Positions 12,793 through 27,196 of a stretch of 64,000 nucleotides of DNA are shown one piece after another. Below the pieces are notes generated by a model. That model did not search any database. It had not been told where the DNA came from and was given only the letters and a program-made list of their open reading frames with translations. The DNA is from Balanoglossus misakiensis (Eukaryota; Animalia; Hemichordata), in the NCBI GenBank assembly GCA_040954595.2, contig CM082577.2:3782305-3846304 (forward strand), written 5' to 3'. The position numbers and the translations under genes are program-made. Positions within the stretch are counted from its first letter, which is position 1. Each line of letters starts with the position of its first letter.

Positions 12793-15700
12793 AGCCATTT
12801 AAATCTCTGTAACATAAAGAGGCGTTTTATACATTAAAAGCAAATAAATCATTTACGAATTGTCAATTTAAGGGATTTTTCCGTTTGGATGAACCCTGCA
12901 CCAACTAATGTTCTACGGTAATTAAATGACGTTGCATAAATGTACTTTTTGTATGCAGAATAAATAAACCACATGGGAAATAAAATTATTTCGATTTGTC
13001 CATATTAATAGATTTCCGTGGTTGAGATTATCTTTTCCACAAGCCACAAGTACATTTATGACACACGCGCAAGGCAGTGTTAACTTAACGAAGAAAAAAA
13101 GACAATTCTTTATTTGGAAATTTAACTCGTGTCTGCATCACAAAGCGGACGAGACGACACACATTAGCTACACATCAGTAACTGTATACCTTCTTTTATT
13201 CCGGTCACCTGGAGCACTGTATTTCTGTCAACTGTTTCGACTCAAGGATTTCTGAGAATTGTTTCCCCTGTGCATTATAAACCGTTACCTCAAACAAATC
13301 TATGATCGCTGCCATTGTTAATGGTTATCACCACATCATGTCCACAACGTTTCGAGTCGAGGAATTCACTTCACAGCGAACCTTCATTGCATCTTTTGTT
13401 TTTTGCCAATCCCAGTAACGACCAATCTGTCACTAGCAATACATGTTTTAAAACCGGCCTAATTATTGCCTGCGACACATGCAATAAAGAGCAAGATTGC
13501 CCACAGTATGAACCGTGTCATGCATAAAAGATGGGCTCTGTTCGCCCTGTGCATAGAGAACAGTCAAGATTGTTCTAAAAGAGGTTATCGGTTAATGTGA
13601 ACCGTGACGTTTTTTTCTCAATTAAAGGTATTATCAGACATATTTGCGTGCATACGGACGAGCTTGTTCCCGCGCTTCGACGAGATTACATTGGACGCAT
13701 CAGGAAATGAAAGGTGTGTTTCTTTCAGTAAAAAAAGAGACTGCTTTGCATCATGTCGTCCTGTCCACGCTTTGCTTCATGTACTGTTCTCCATTCTGGC
13801 TGCCTTAAATAAGTTTTTACTTTGTGCTAGGGGGTCAAATCACATTATAATAATTGGATTCTGGGTAAAAGGTCGACAACTCACTGTAGTAAGACCTTGA
13901 AGAAATAAGGTATTTCATGACTTTCTTTGGTCAAAAATGTATGTGTTTGTAGTTAGCATATTAAACTTATTCAACACATTTTATTTTTTCTGTTACAAAG
14001 TTTCAGAATGAACCAGTATCACTCTAGCTTATCATCTTGAAATTGTGTCGACCATATGAGATTTTCATCACCAACCTATGTAGCAAAAACTAGAGAATTG
14101 CGAATGGCCGTCCTTGAGAATTCCGTCAATAGTACATTCGCCACAAAATTAAACGTGAGACTCTTTGACACGAAGGCCGTATTCTGTTTCATCTGATTGA
14201 AATGGAATCTCGAAAACATTTTAATACACTCGATGGAGATTATGGAGGGGAATTTAAACAGAAAGAAAGTTATACAGAAATCAGTCAACGCTTTACTTTA
14301 ACGGACATTTGTCGTGTTTGATAGATGGGCATACCTCCTTTCCTACCATTAGCGGTATCTCTTTTCTTCCGACGCGTCCAAAGGTTAATTCTAATCGAAC
14401 AATCGTAATTCCATAACTCATAATACACGATACATAATTCCAAGTGTGTGGCCACATCTATCATTTACAACGTGACAGGTATCCGGGCCTCTAGACGTGC
14501 TTCGATGAAAGGGAAATGTGTCGTTGTTTTTGAACAAACCGATGCTGTGAAGACAAACTGGCGAGGATGGCTTTTGGGACTTCGGCATAGTGTTACGAAA
14601 ATTAATCTATTTATCTTAATTGTTTTTGACATCATGAGACAGTGCTGACGAGAATGCATATCGTTGTGGTTAATTCCCATTTACATGTACAGTTGTTTTC
14701 GATTCAATTGATAAATTAGTATAAAACGTGCCCCCTTTGTGCCTATGAATGAGGCTGGGCAAACCATGTGTACTTTCAATTACCTAAGCCTTAATTATGT
14801 GAAGTATCGATCAATTAGCCTTTTCTTGTCTGCAGCATTCATAATTGGCAGAGATGTCCATAAACAGATTTGTTCCAACAACGCGTTCAAGACACACTTG
14901 AACAACACGTGTAGTCACCTTGTCGAGTGATACATATCGCAAGAAGGCCAGGTCAGGTCGTATGTGTATGTGCATTATGAGCCATACTGTTGGAGTTGTT
15001 TCTATACGTGTGCATTGAAGCGTATATCATGTCGTTCGCTGATATGTTGCTCTGATTGCGATTTTCAGGTGGTGGTGCACACAGTCGACCATCTAGTACA
15101 AAGGCTGAATATTGCACTTGCGGATACATTTGATTTTTTTTTACATTTTCTGCAGTACACGTTTATTTGTTGCTTAAGTTTACAAAAGCATTTGGATGTC
15201 GCTACTACACACCGTGCGCCAGATGACGTACTGTACAGTAATCTCAGTAGAAACACGAAAATGTTAAAATTCGAATCGCGCGCCTTTAAAATTGGCGGGA
15301 ATGGCGGCAGGGATTGATAGGTCACATGCAAAACACGTGGAAATTATCAATACTGTCGCGCTGTGATGAATTACACATCTTCCCTCATCTGATATATTTT
15401 AATCTCAGACAATCGCTAGCGAAACCTGGGGATGACATACAAGTATATGCAAGATTTGAGGGGAATGGGTATTCCGTGTATCTTGTCAAGATTTGTAGCG
15501 TAGACACAAAATGGTCGTCCGCTTTGGTTTGTATCAGAAACAGCCACTGTCATTTTCGTTTGGTTCAGATTGAACCAGATCCTCACCATCTGATACGCGC
15601 CCACAGAGGCGACATTCCAATTATGTGAACAAGATCACGTACATGTATCTCTGAAAGGAATCTCCCACCTGAAAATTCACGATTTTATGCATGGGCAGCA

Positions 15701-18700
15701 ACATTTCCTGTGACCTGAAATCTGGGGCAGATGTATATACTCCCACTGCAGTTCTCAATAATACGTGAGCCTCGGGTTACTGGTTTTTCACTTAGTTCCT
15801 TTTTTCCCTCGACATTTACAGGGGAACTTCATAATTCTCATTTAAATAACAGTGTGAATAGATTCTATCATGGCTGATAAATAATACCGCGTGTTCGTGA
15901 AACTCTTTCGCCAACATACCGTATTTTAATATCTTAACTAACAATGCAGCTGTACATTATGAATCCAGATTGTAAATTGTGATTTTAATTATAAAAAGCT
16001 TGTTATTAGAAACTCCGTATAACACTTCTTCGCCATGTACATATAAGTTACTAAAATGTCTCAAAATGTAACAAAAAACATGGGGTGATCGATGATGATG
16101 ATTTGCAATTTATATCAACGAATATCAAAATTATTTCACTTTGTAATACATATTTTTTTTAAATTGCAGTACCGATGTACTAACATTATTCTATAATTTT
16201 AGATTAAATTGTCCCGGATGTAATCTTGACGTCACCCTGTGAGTGTGGGGTTATCAAACATGCGCAGTAAATATAAAACTATCCCAATTTGACTTTCAAT
16301 AAAACATTCTTACACAAACTATACTATTATGCCTACTACCCCCAAAAAACTTTACAGATCTATGGATACGGGAGAGACAGGCCCAACGCTTTGAATGCGT
16401 CCAACCCCTTGATGCATGTACATGTATATTAATGTAAAAGGGGAACAAAAGAAAAAAAAGTTAACGAGTCGGACATGGGTTACCGTCTATTTAAATAAAT
16501 CAGAGACCACAATCTGATCTTCACCTCTTTAGCACACAATTCAGTCCACTTGAATGGGTATAGACATGGTTCATGCGCACAGGAAGGAAATTTGCCTTGA
16601 TGTTGACTTGTGAAGATCAAGCAAAGCCGACATAATGCGCGTCATCGTTCTTCAACGACGATTGCCGATCGGCGCCATGTCCCGTTCATGAATGTGCTCA
16701 TTATTATACGATTGGCATCCGATAATTTTATGGCCTATAGCATCTTTCTTCGTATAGGTAATCGTGCAAATGAAATATAGGTATAAAATTAAGATTTTTC
16801 TGTGTCAGCCAAGTTTTCATTTAATTAAATATAAACTGTCATCATCATACTACACGTCGCTCTCGTCTGAATTATTTTACCGATGAATTGGATGTACACA
16901 CCATACCGAGATCAGAATCCCTTCTGATTTGATAGTGTGTACGTAATATGAATAATTCATATTTTGCAAAAACGTAAGAAATTGCCAGTGTACCCTTTTG
17001 ATTCTTTTTGCTACAATCGTCCTTTGTTTTGTCTTCCGATGTTTCCGCAGCGCGCATGTGTTTTGCGTGTATGGGCCAAGTTACGCCTCGCGCGGTTCCT
17101 GATTGAATTTTGTCGCGGCATGAAAAAAAAATCAATGATGTGAAACCAAATAATAATTTAACAACGGTGACTTACTGCAGATCAAAGAGGCAGTAGTGAT
17201 ACCCACATTACGAAGGTAGCAGGCCATTAGCAAGCCACTTTATTGCTCTGCACGCCATGCAATTATCTATTAGAGAATTTTTCATTGAACCAAAGTTACG
17301 GTCGATTCAACAGATCGATTACTGGTCTTTCTTTGACGAAAAGGGCTAAGGAAATCGTCTGCTTTATGAATCCCCTTTAGTGCGCTATAAAAACAAAAAC
17401 GCTGGGTTTTTTATCAACAGATGTAGTGCACGGCGTATTAATTCTCGGAAACTCTAAAATGTCAGGTATTTGCCTATGTGTGAACTTTGTTCCGTCAAAT
17501 GCCTCTCAGATGCGAATGTCTTACAGCAGCTGGGTGATTGTGGACGAAGCGTGCGTCATACGAGTCGGGGACTTGCAGTTCAACTTAATAATGTTTGGAA
17601 ATGCAACAGCTGCTTTAGCCATTCGCTTACAGCTACTAAACAAGGCTGCCTACGTGGATATGTAATAGCTTGGAGGAAGATTTAACTGAATTACAAAGAC
17701 ATTGTTTGTATAGAGAACAAAAATAATCGTGTTTCCGTTCCGATTTGAGGGCACACATACGATACAGAAATGTTTAGAAAGAACGAATAAACCTCGGGCA
17801 AGACCAATTTCAAAGTTCTGCACAGACGTACTTCAAATGCCGAGTTGCATGTTGACGTGGAATGGCGCAACCCCCCCCCCCCCCATCCCACGCGCGCATT
17901 TTCCGTGTACCCCTTTCTATACAAACACACGCAACACCAAAGACGTCATACGTCACAGCAGTGCATTGATGGCTGGTTCGGCCACATTGTAGACAGGGGT
18001 TATTGGACTGGTGCCCCGATCCTCTAATGCGCGCTAAAGTACATTATTTCTCTTGATTATTTCATACGAATGATGGCAAATCTCACACGCATTACCGTCA
18101 ACGCACCCGATACCGGTGATTTATACATATCTGTATAAAACATAATTCACATCATTTGTACTCGCATCGGTCAAGCCCCGGGCGTAAACGGCATAATTTC
18201 GTTTGCGAAACACGTCCACTCTTCGCCTCAATTGTAAGCAAAAGTGCAGGTGATTCCAGATTTTCCCTCTTTATGTACTTAGGGTACGAACAAATGAGCT
18301 ATTACCGCCCTCATCATGATACGAGATCGAAGGCCTGAAATCGACCTGAATCAGAACAAATTGGGATTAGTGAGCGTGTTTTCTGGGAACTGCCAGCGCC
18401 ATTCTGATTGGTTGCTACATGTATGTAGGCTGACTCATCGTATCAGAAAGCGTATGTTGTGTGTCCCCCCCCCTCCCTGAGTTTTCTGACTCGCGTGGTA
18501 AAATGCTACAATTTGCAAAGGTAAAAAAAAGTGTAAACTTTGGGTATTAGAAGAAATGTGTCGGATAGATGATAAATCCATATTTAAAAGAGTCAAGCAA
18601 ACCGAAACTTATTACAAGCTCATATATATGGCAAAAAAACTTGGAATATATCATGGTGACGAGTCCGTATAAATGTTTATTTAAGAATGTTTAAATGCAG

Positions 18701-20460
18701 TCTGTGCAAGATGGCCAATACAGTAGCATTGATCACGTGACCCTTACCCAGTCACTGTACTCTTACATAGACAGTGTGTTCTTCTCGTATAGACATTTGC
18801 TTTATTAAAATAGCGTTTGTTTTTAAAGGAACAGACGGAACCTTAATTCAATTAAGCATTAGAAAGTGAATGGAATTGCCATATTTTCTCCTTCTGTATG
18901 CTTGATAGATTTAAAAGGAAAGCTCTTTATTTTCCATTTAACGCTGATATTATACGGTTGACGCCAATGGACGTGCCGTGTCGCTGCTTTGTGGTTATAA
19001 GAATAGTGTGTGCCGGAAGATAAGCGAAGGTCGTTTGGACTAAATTAGCATAGTCTGACAGAATGCACACAGCTCTTGCGTGGTGGGAAGACTTTACATC
19101 GAATTACCAAAGGTCACCCAGTTATTTTGATATTCGCATAATCGGGGGTTAACTCGATCTAACCATGCTTTGACATTGAGCAAGATATTTTACACAGCGT
19201 AAGACCTGTACCTTTCACTGAGCAAGAAAATTAGCATTTCATTTGAGTTCAAGTTAACCTTATTAGCTCCACATTATTCCACGTTTTCGCCTTGCTTATC
19301 AGTCATGAAATCACTTTGTAATATGTTTTCGTCCATCTTGTAATAGGCCTACATGTGACAAGAATGAATATTTACCCACCCACCGACGCACACAAACACA
19401 TACATACATGTTGTAATACCAACCTACATACATACATACGTTTTGATTATTGTGATACGATGGCGTGTTATGGCACACTGTTTGACAAAAGAAAAGTAAA
19501 ATGCTTGTCATATCGTTATTTATTGTCAGTTGAGAGATCGATTGACCTTTGTCGTGTTGCGTTCGCTTCAGAGGTTATTCATTTATTGTTCTTACCAACT
19601 GCATAGGTTTCGCAACCTTGCCCACCAAGTACACGCAATCAAACTACCTTGATTAGTTCCATCTTGATATGGGTGCGTATTCATTCGTTCCTCTTATTGC
19701 CGCGCTCACAGCGCTATCTTTCCACAAAGGACGAAAATCTCCTCCTTTTTATCACGTAATCTCCAATGGGAGAATTTGCGAGATGTAAACAGATGCGGTG
19801 TACTCCCCGTTGAAATTTTAAAACATGGATGGCGCGATCTTCGGTCTCTTTGTTCCCTTCCCTGTTATAACTTTTATATGCAAAATTTGATTAAGACGAG
19901 GTAAACATGGTTTCTAATTGGGCGTTTGGTTACTAGTATACTCCTGATACAGTGACATGACCCGATCTTTGAGAACTGGGCAGGTTCATCGGTGATATAG
20001 TTTGTGGCTGTTGTTATCAGGCCGGCATGTCGCTTTAATTTCCATTTACCCGCTTCTTTTTTTCTTTCGCCCCGCAATAACATCTTATTACGGGGGAATT
20101 CTGTTGCCTACAACCGATTAGATTTCCTCCGAACAGGCTCAAAGCATGTCTCCAATAATGCACTGATTCGCGCACAGTTTTCTCCCGGGATCCCATTACA
20201 TGACTGGAACCTTTAATGATTTGCGGAAACCGGCAAACCGTGTGTCGTAAAGGAGGGAAAAAAACTGCTGTCGCTATAGCCACGACTGTATTAATGCAGC
20301 GAGATTCTTTGCTGTCGGGTTCTGCTTGCCTGATGTATCATCCGCGGCAAAATCAAAATTAATATGGAAAAGCGGCGCCACCACCCCCGCCGCGAAGTGG
20401 TACGCCCCACCTATTTTAAATTTCCAATAGAAACCTTCCATCGTTTAATCATGCAGATGT

Positions 20461-20512
20461 TAACTTCTCATTTTTGCTCTTTTTTGCGTTTGTCTCTCTT
20501 CGGCAGGTGAGT
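20461..20512 (+). promoter_or_regulatory. 3' splice site of the first coding exon, fused to a consensus 5' splice site (YnCAG|GTGAGT)
   Basis: About 40-nt pyrimidine-rich tract (20465-20501), CAG ending at 20506, immediately followed by GTGAGT. Confidence 0.7.
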
Positions 20513-20551
20513 TTCCCCCCGTATACCGCGAGACCATCAACCGAGGGACCT

Positions 20552-20620
20552 ATGTGTTACTGGCGCACCGCTGCTGCGTGGCGGCTCCTACCACCGGTCT
20601 TCCCGACGCTATCACGGTGA
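20552..20620 (+). promoter_or_regulatory. Upstream ORF (22 aa, MCYWRTAAAWRLLPPVFPTLSR*) in frame with the main ORF
   Basis: ATG at 20552, TGA at 20618-20620, then AGA AGA ATG(20627). It lies inside the predicted exon downstream of the 20506 acceptor. Confidence 0.55.
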
Positions 20621-20626
20621 AGAAGA

Positions 20627-21109
20627 ATGGAGCGCGGTGCCGATGGGAATGAGTACGGCCATCGGATGTTACTTTTCCTGTTCATCGCCGGACAGGTCGT
20701 CATCTCTGTGCTCGGCGCCTCGACGCAGGCCAACCTCACGGACGTGGCGAAGGCCAACTCCACCTGGAAGGAGACCATACGGCTCGGCGCCCTCGTCACC
20801 AACCCCCACCACCGAGAGGTGATCCTAAGGACCATCGGCCGGTGGGCCGCCAACTCGTCCAACCTCTCCGTCGCCGTCAACGTGGAACTTATCACGGTGT
20901 ACGTGAACGCCAGCGAGCACATTGAAATCGTCAGGTCTGTGTGCAACAGCCTTCTTCCGCAGGGAGTCTCCACGATAATTTCGGCTATAGACGGTGAATA
21001 TTACACCGACACATACATTGCAAACCGTCTGATATCGCTAGTTTCGCGCTATCTGACGGCGCCGGTCATTTCGGCCAACATGCGCATCCTCAGCGGGCAT
21101 GTATACAAG
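20627..21109 (+). CDS. GRIN2: GluN2-like coding exon 1: signal peptide and ATD R1 lobe
   Basis: ATG in strong context (AGAATGG), hydrophobic signal-like segment MLLFLFIAGQVVISVLGA, ATD-like IVRSVCNSLLPQGVSTII...PVIS, GC3-rich codons, donor AAG|GTAAGT at 21110 (phase 0). An upstream acceptor at 20506 implies 5' non-coding exon(s). The start could instead be Met14 (20666). Confidence 0.85.
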
Positions 21110-24100
21110 GTAAGTAACCCCTTCTGATACGTTCCTGACATCGTGATCCGAGTTTCTGGGATTGCCAACATACGACTTGCTCTTCTCAAATGATTTATGA
21201 GACGTCTGCAGTTATGATCGCGATATTGTTATACCTTGTTATCAACATAGCATGTGACTAGCCTACTGGTTCGTAATGGCTAAGTTACACTCAAAGAGAC
21301 ACGATCGCTAATTATGAAACATTATAACATGCCCATCGCCAAACAACCTGTCATGTTCAAACTGATGTGAACACAATCAAAATAGTCCAATTCAGTAATC
21401 AGTTATTGTAACACTAGAAATCCCCCACTCTTATTACAAAGTGTAATGTTCACAATATATGCAAAATTAATAAGTGTTGATTCTCGCATCATATTAAGAA
21501 TGCTAATCGCGACTCACTAACATGCGGGTTGATTTTTATACGCTGCAGTAATATTAAACCTTATTTATTTGAAACCTTTGAGTCTTTTTTTTCATTGTAC
21601 TGTGAGGGAAGTCTCTTTCTCTGTCCGTGGAATATTTAGTAACATGTTATATTATTTCATATATATGGACTTTTGGGGTATCTGAGCTATTTTTGTCGGT
21701 CGGGGAAATTGTGACAGGGTAATTTGTTCCCCCGTGGATGGATGACAAATCTGCATAACATGCCCAATGCAGTATTAAATTGCATTTGGTAAGAGACGAG
21801 ATAGAATCCTACAAAAAACCAAGGCTACTTTCGGCTAGTTAATAAATGACGCAAAAGGATCATTAATTCCGGCTGGTACCTGACCTTATCAGAAAGAATC
21901 GAAGCATAAGACGGACTGGATAAAGCGATGCCAGCATCAGCGTCTACGGGTTCCAGCTAACCTCTCCTCTGATGAGACCCGCGTGCATCAAATCGGACAG
22001 ATGTGGTATACGGCTAACAGCAAACAAATCGTTTTATCATATAAATGCAAATAGAATGTGTGATCTTGCGCCTTTCAGCGACGTCCAATCAGCCTGTTTA
22101 ATTGTCCCGCTCGCGCGATGCCCCGGCTTGCGAGATAGCGTTTGACAATGATGTATAATTTTAACGAAAGGCTGCGTCACCTCGTGAACGGGAGGGACAA
22201 AAAATTTAAGCTCTTCTCCTCAACGAGATAGGCGATTGGTCGAAGTGAGAACAGCAGCGGTGAAATAAGAACGCCGTTGGGAATTCGCCCCGTCACATAG
22301 ATCTACTTGACCCAGCTGGAAACTTCGACAAACCATTTATCTTTACGACGAGTGAGCTTTTGATGGATTCTCGCCATTCTGTTCAGCGCAAACACAGACG
22401 GGAGATGCGCGCATGCACCGACAATGTCACTCTGCCGTCCGCCGATGCTCAGTGCCACAGAGAAGTTATATCTTCATTCCTATCCCGCACTCGCCAGCAG
22501 ATAACATCGCCCGTTCCCGCCCGGTGCCAACGCCTTAAATCTTAAATATTATGTCTTCGGGGGCCAGTAATATAAGGTGCCAATGTCGCGGAAAACCATT
22601 ACATGTATTATCAATCACCCCCCTTTTACACCAGGGGGACGCGGCCGTCCATGTGCGCGGAATACACAGCACAACCCCCACGCATCAGTAAACATCCAGC
22701 CACATATACCCTGTAATTTATTCGACATTTTGTCCATGGTTTGAAATCAGCTGATGACAGAATAAGCGCACAAATCCGTTTAAACTTGCTGATTAACATG
22801 CATTACGAGTCATCCTATAACCAGTATATCTCTTTTTACGGCGGCCATGTTGAAGATGGGCAGACGCACGCAAGAATCGTGCAAATGTCATATACATTTT
22901 AAACGCATACGTTCATTGCTTTATGGTCAGCGGTTTTATTAAATATCATAGTTATCACGAACGCGTGCCGGTCGGGTAACTATAGACTCCTAACGCATTT
23001 TATAACACGCAATGTATACAATGTCCTGTTAATTAAAGCCATTATTTTGCTATTATCTTGTTTTTTAAATGAACCAAAATAGTAATTTTTAAACATATGC
23101 AGAAAATATAAGACATACGCGATAACCCTAAGGATTTTCTTAAAGAAATACGTTTCGTCCATCTGTATTTGTTGATATTTTATGCGAAAAATTAAGTAAA
23201 GGATGATTACTTAAATTAATATAAAAAAACGAGTCTAGGTCAAGACGCCACCCACTATCGATCTCTATTTCATTTTAGTTGCCATGGTAATATTGCATTT
23301 TACTTATTCATCATTGCACTCTTCCGAGCCGCCATGATATTAATATTTCTGAATATTGTCGGTGGGAACAACTCCGTTCAGCAGTAACTGCTGAAACCAG
23401 ACTCGGTCGTCCTTCTCGATTCTGAAACTCTCGCCTCACTTTAGAAGAAAGCAGGAATCACAACAGTAAAATTTGTAAACGACTACTTGTTTTCGGTACT
23501 GCAAAGCGAAAAAAAAGTATCCCTCAAAATATACAACAGGCAATCGGGACACAGGCCTACTTTCTGTCAACTTCAATGCCATTTATTCCTCGTATAGAAC
23601 TATTTGGGACAGACAATGAAAAGCCATACACGAGAGAACACAGTTTGACATATGCTGTTGCGTCCGGACAAAAACAGATATCTCAGCTTCTCGCTAATGC
23701 TGCTTGTTCTGCTGGCACACCACTTATTGTCCGCTCGCACGAACTCCACAACACATGTTTGAGCATAACTTTGACCTCATAGTTCCTATACACGCAACCA
23801 GAAATAGATGCATTGTGTAAAGAATGTCCAATATGCGCACATGTCACATATTGCTTGTGAAATGACGGCAGCTTTTGAAACATTTGCAAGAGCGATTGCC
23901 GTATTACAATTTGGTAATTGCACAGTCTTGCAATGAAACCCGCGATTAATTATTATGCGTTCGTTTTATTCTGTAGTCGAAAGTCACGATAGCGTAATTA
24001 TTGCTACTTCGTGCCAAAGCCGAGCTTTAGAGCTGTTATCTATCTCGGTGATCAAACATCCAAGCATTTTATAGATCATGCACGCGGGAAAAGGAGAAAA

Positions 24101-27075
24101 GGGGACTTTTATATCATCGCTTTGCTATTCGAAAAATCACAGAGTGAGACGTAACAGTGGCCCGAGTGTGCATGCGTCGATGATGTAATCTCAATTGAAC
24201 GGTCGATGGCCCGAATTATGCAATGACGCATACGACAATCAGGTAATGACACCGAACATGCAAATAATGTTGAACGGAATGAATTATACTTTCGCCCTGA
24301 CTTGCTTGCGTCGGGGAATTTTGATTCAATGAAAAGCAATAATGGACGATCAAACTTTTTGCAGACACGCGTGTGTTATCAATACTGACGGCGATGGTTC
24401 AATAACAATCGCAGAACGAATGTTCTTAGATATAAATTTCCAGAGGAAATTATATTTCCCTCGCCTCAAAACTAAAGTCCTGTGGACGTTAAATCAAAAA
24501 TGTTAGATTTTTTTAATTAGGGCAATTTGAATAAACTAATCAACTGTGTTACTATTTCGAGTGTAGTCAACATATCAGGCACACATACATGTAGGACGAA
24601 ACCAGCACCAAAATCAAGGCTGGTCAGGCACAGTTGGGAGCGAGCGTAAATGAGCGCGGTGCCCTTCTTTACAACAAACTGTGCGAGTTGGTGCAGCAAA
24701 TAAGGCCTTGTCATTATACAGAAGTCGTATCATGGACGTACCTTTCACTCGGTCGTCCCTTCGAGGCCGTCACGAAATGCCAAAGTCCCTTGTCCGATTG
24801 ACTTTATTAAGCTGTAAAAAAGCCACTCGAATTCCAAATCAAATCAAAACGCAATTATCTCTTATAGGAAAGCGCAAGTCATTCCTTTCTAGGTCCCCCT
24901 TCCGTCTTTATTCATAGGCTGTAATAGCTAACAGTTTACCGAGTATAAAGCATAGCCCACATGGGAAGCAGTGCTTTGTTACTAACGCCGATAAGATACA
25001 CATACCGAGTTTTATCACATTTTCTGAGCTGTTCATCAACGCCGAGCAATACACACCTCAATCAAATGATGGTACAGTGTTCCAACGCCTGAGAAAAGCA
25101 CTTAAAAGCAAACCCGCCGAGGAAGAAAAAAAAAAACGAACTAAACAACGGAATCCCCAATATATTTTTCTATTGCCATTGACTTCATGTTACTGGTCGA
25201 ACATGTTGCACTGTGCGCCATTTTGAATTGCGACCGGCGCGGGACAACCTTACAATGTTCATTTAGTTAGCCTTGACGCTTCTATAAAAATATACTGCGT
25301 CATGTCAAATAAATATTTATCCAAAGTTATTACAGTGTGTAATGCGCGCAGGTGACAATTCCTACTGCTGTACGCTGAACAACGATGAGTCATTTACAAG
25401 TACATGTACATTGAAGATGTCTCCGTTGGAATGTAACACAACCGACCACGTCCCCTGGATGATTCTGTAAAATTCGGCGCTGCATGCGCCCAAACACGAC
25501 ACGACAGCTACATGACTTTCATGTCATGCAGAAGACAGGAGCGAGGTTGTTGACGTATACGTAAATAACTTGAAATCGACTCTACCCGCATATTCATACA
25601 ACCTCAATGTATATCGATTTACAGAGCTAACCCATGCGATACTTAGATTCGAGAGTTTGAATTGGATGAAATATTGCATCTTCTGTTACGTTGGTCAAAA
25701 TATTTCACATTGAAAAAAAAAACGTGAATACATGTATACGGCCCTATCAGCAATGTTAAAATGGGTTGGCTTTATGAAAGCCATGCATTCAGCGCAGACC
25801 ATATGTTGCACCACCTTTTGTAATGTTTGAATATTCAGTTCTTTTTAAGGACTCGCTGATGAGTGAAAGCTGGTTTTGTCCCTCTCGAAACCTATTTTTC
25901 AATCAAGGGTAATCCACACGAAATATTATTTAGTCAGAAACGGTGGCGTCTTTGCCAAAGTCTCCAGGTCCACATAACACCTGATGACCCAGTTATATGT
26001 TGTTTTAGATACATAGGTACTTTGTAAATAACAGTTTTGATAATGGTTGATGGTAAAAACATTTAATACATTAATACATATTACGTAACACAAAATAAAT
26101 GGAGTTAATTGGTTTTAATCTGATAACACGCCCACGATATTGAAAGGTCAATAGCATAATTGCGATCGAATATTGAAATGTCATCCGAGTGACCTTCATA
26201 TATGAAACTGTTCACTCGCGATGTTGGTCCAATTATTAATAGAGTTAGCATACACATATCATTGTAGATGATCAGCTTTACGTGAATATGAAAATAATTT
26301 CAAAATTTTACTTTAAACTCTCTCAACCGTAACATATGTCATACGGCAAAGAATATCGCAGGATTACTAGTTAATTTCAATAGCCAATTCTCACTACCTA
26401 AAATAGGTTTTTGCTACCTAGGTGAGTGATGAAAATCTCATACGGTCGACACAATTTCAAGATGGCCGATTTTTGCCATGTTTAAAGAAACGGGTGTTTA
26501 TAAAGCTTAAGTGATTATGGGTCATTCTGAAACCTTGTAACAGAAAAAATAACAAAATGTGAAAACAATTGAATGAGTTTAATATGCTAATATCTCAGAA
26601 TGGTCTGATAAATCACAGACCCCGTTTATCTTCGTAATCCTGCCATTCCAACGCCCACCTTGGTCATTACGCGTTTGAAGCATTCACATTGTACCGTCAT
26701 GCATTTCAAGTTAATGATGGGACCGTTAGCCGATGGCTTTTGTCACATGCACAGGCTGGCTTTTTTACCCGTTAATGTCGAGTCGACTCCCAAGTCAAAA
26801 ACCACATCGTTTTCCTCTCATATAAAACGTCTTGTTTTTGTTCGCGTGACTGAAAAAGTACTAAATCTGTGGCTATGATGTAATCGTTAAATAATTAATT
26901 AATACATGTATATATTAATTAGCGCTTGCGTTGATATAGGATAGGTCATCCACCGTGATTCCGTAACATTACGATACCGTGGTCAGAGCCTTGTGTATTG
27001 AAGGATTACACGCGTTTTAATAAGACCAATTATTATGTCTTATGTGAGCTGTGTCAGTGCGGATTTCTGGATAAC

Positions 27076-27196
27076 AAGGTAGAATGTTACATCTTAGGGG
27101 CAATTAACATGAGGCAATATCAACCATATACAAGGACAATGAGAACCGAATAGCATGGTATAAATAGCAGTATTCGTAAGACACTAACACTACCTT
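27076..27196. mobile_element. Possible small degenerate MITE remnant
   Basis: Left end AAGGTAGAATGTTACATCTTA versus reverse complement of the right end AAGGTAGTGTTAGTGTCTTA. No second copy was found in the window. Confidence 0.3.

Noticed and set aside
1-20460. Many 60-117 aa ORFs in the upstream region, the two long introns and 55.2-64 kb
   Set aside because: Random-like composition, mostly non-ATG starts, no domain motifs or consistent exon chains; no transposase or reverse transcriptase signatures recognised.
20557-20973. 138-aa antisense ORF over coding exon 1 (and similar alternate-frame or antisense ORFs at 34203-34839, 47015-47499, 48879-49158 and 53206-53735)
   Set aside because: Shadow ORFs expected from GC3-rich coding exons; no recognisable protein features.
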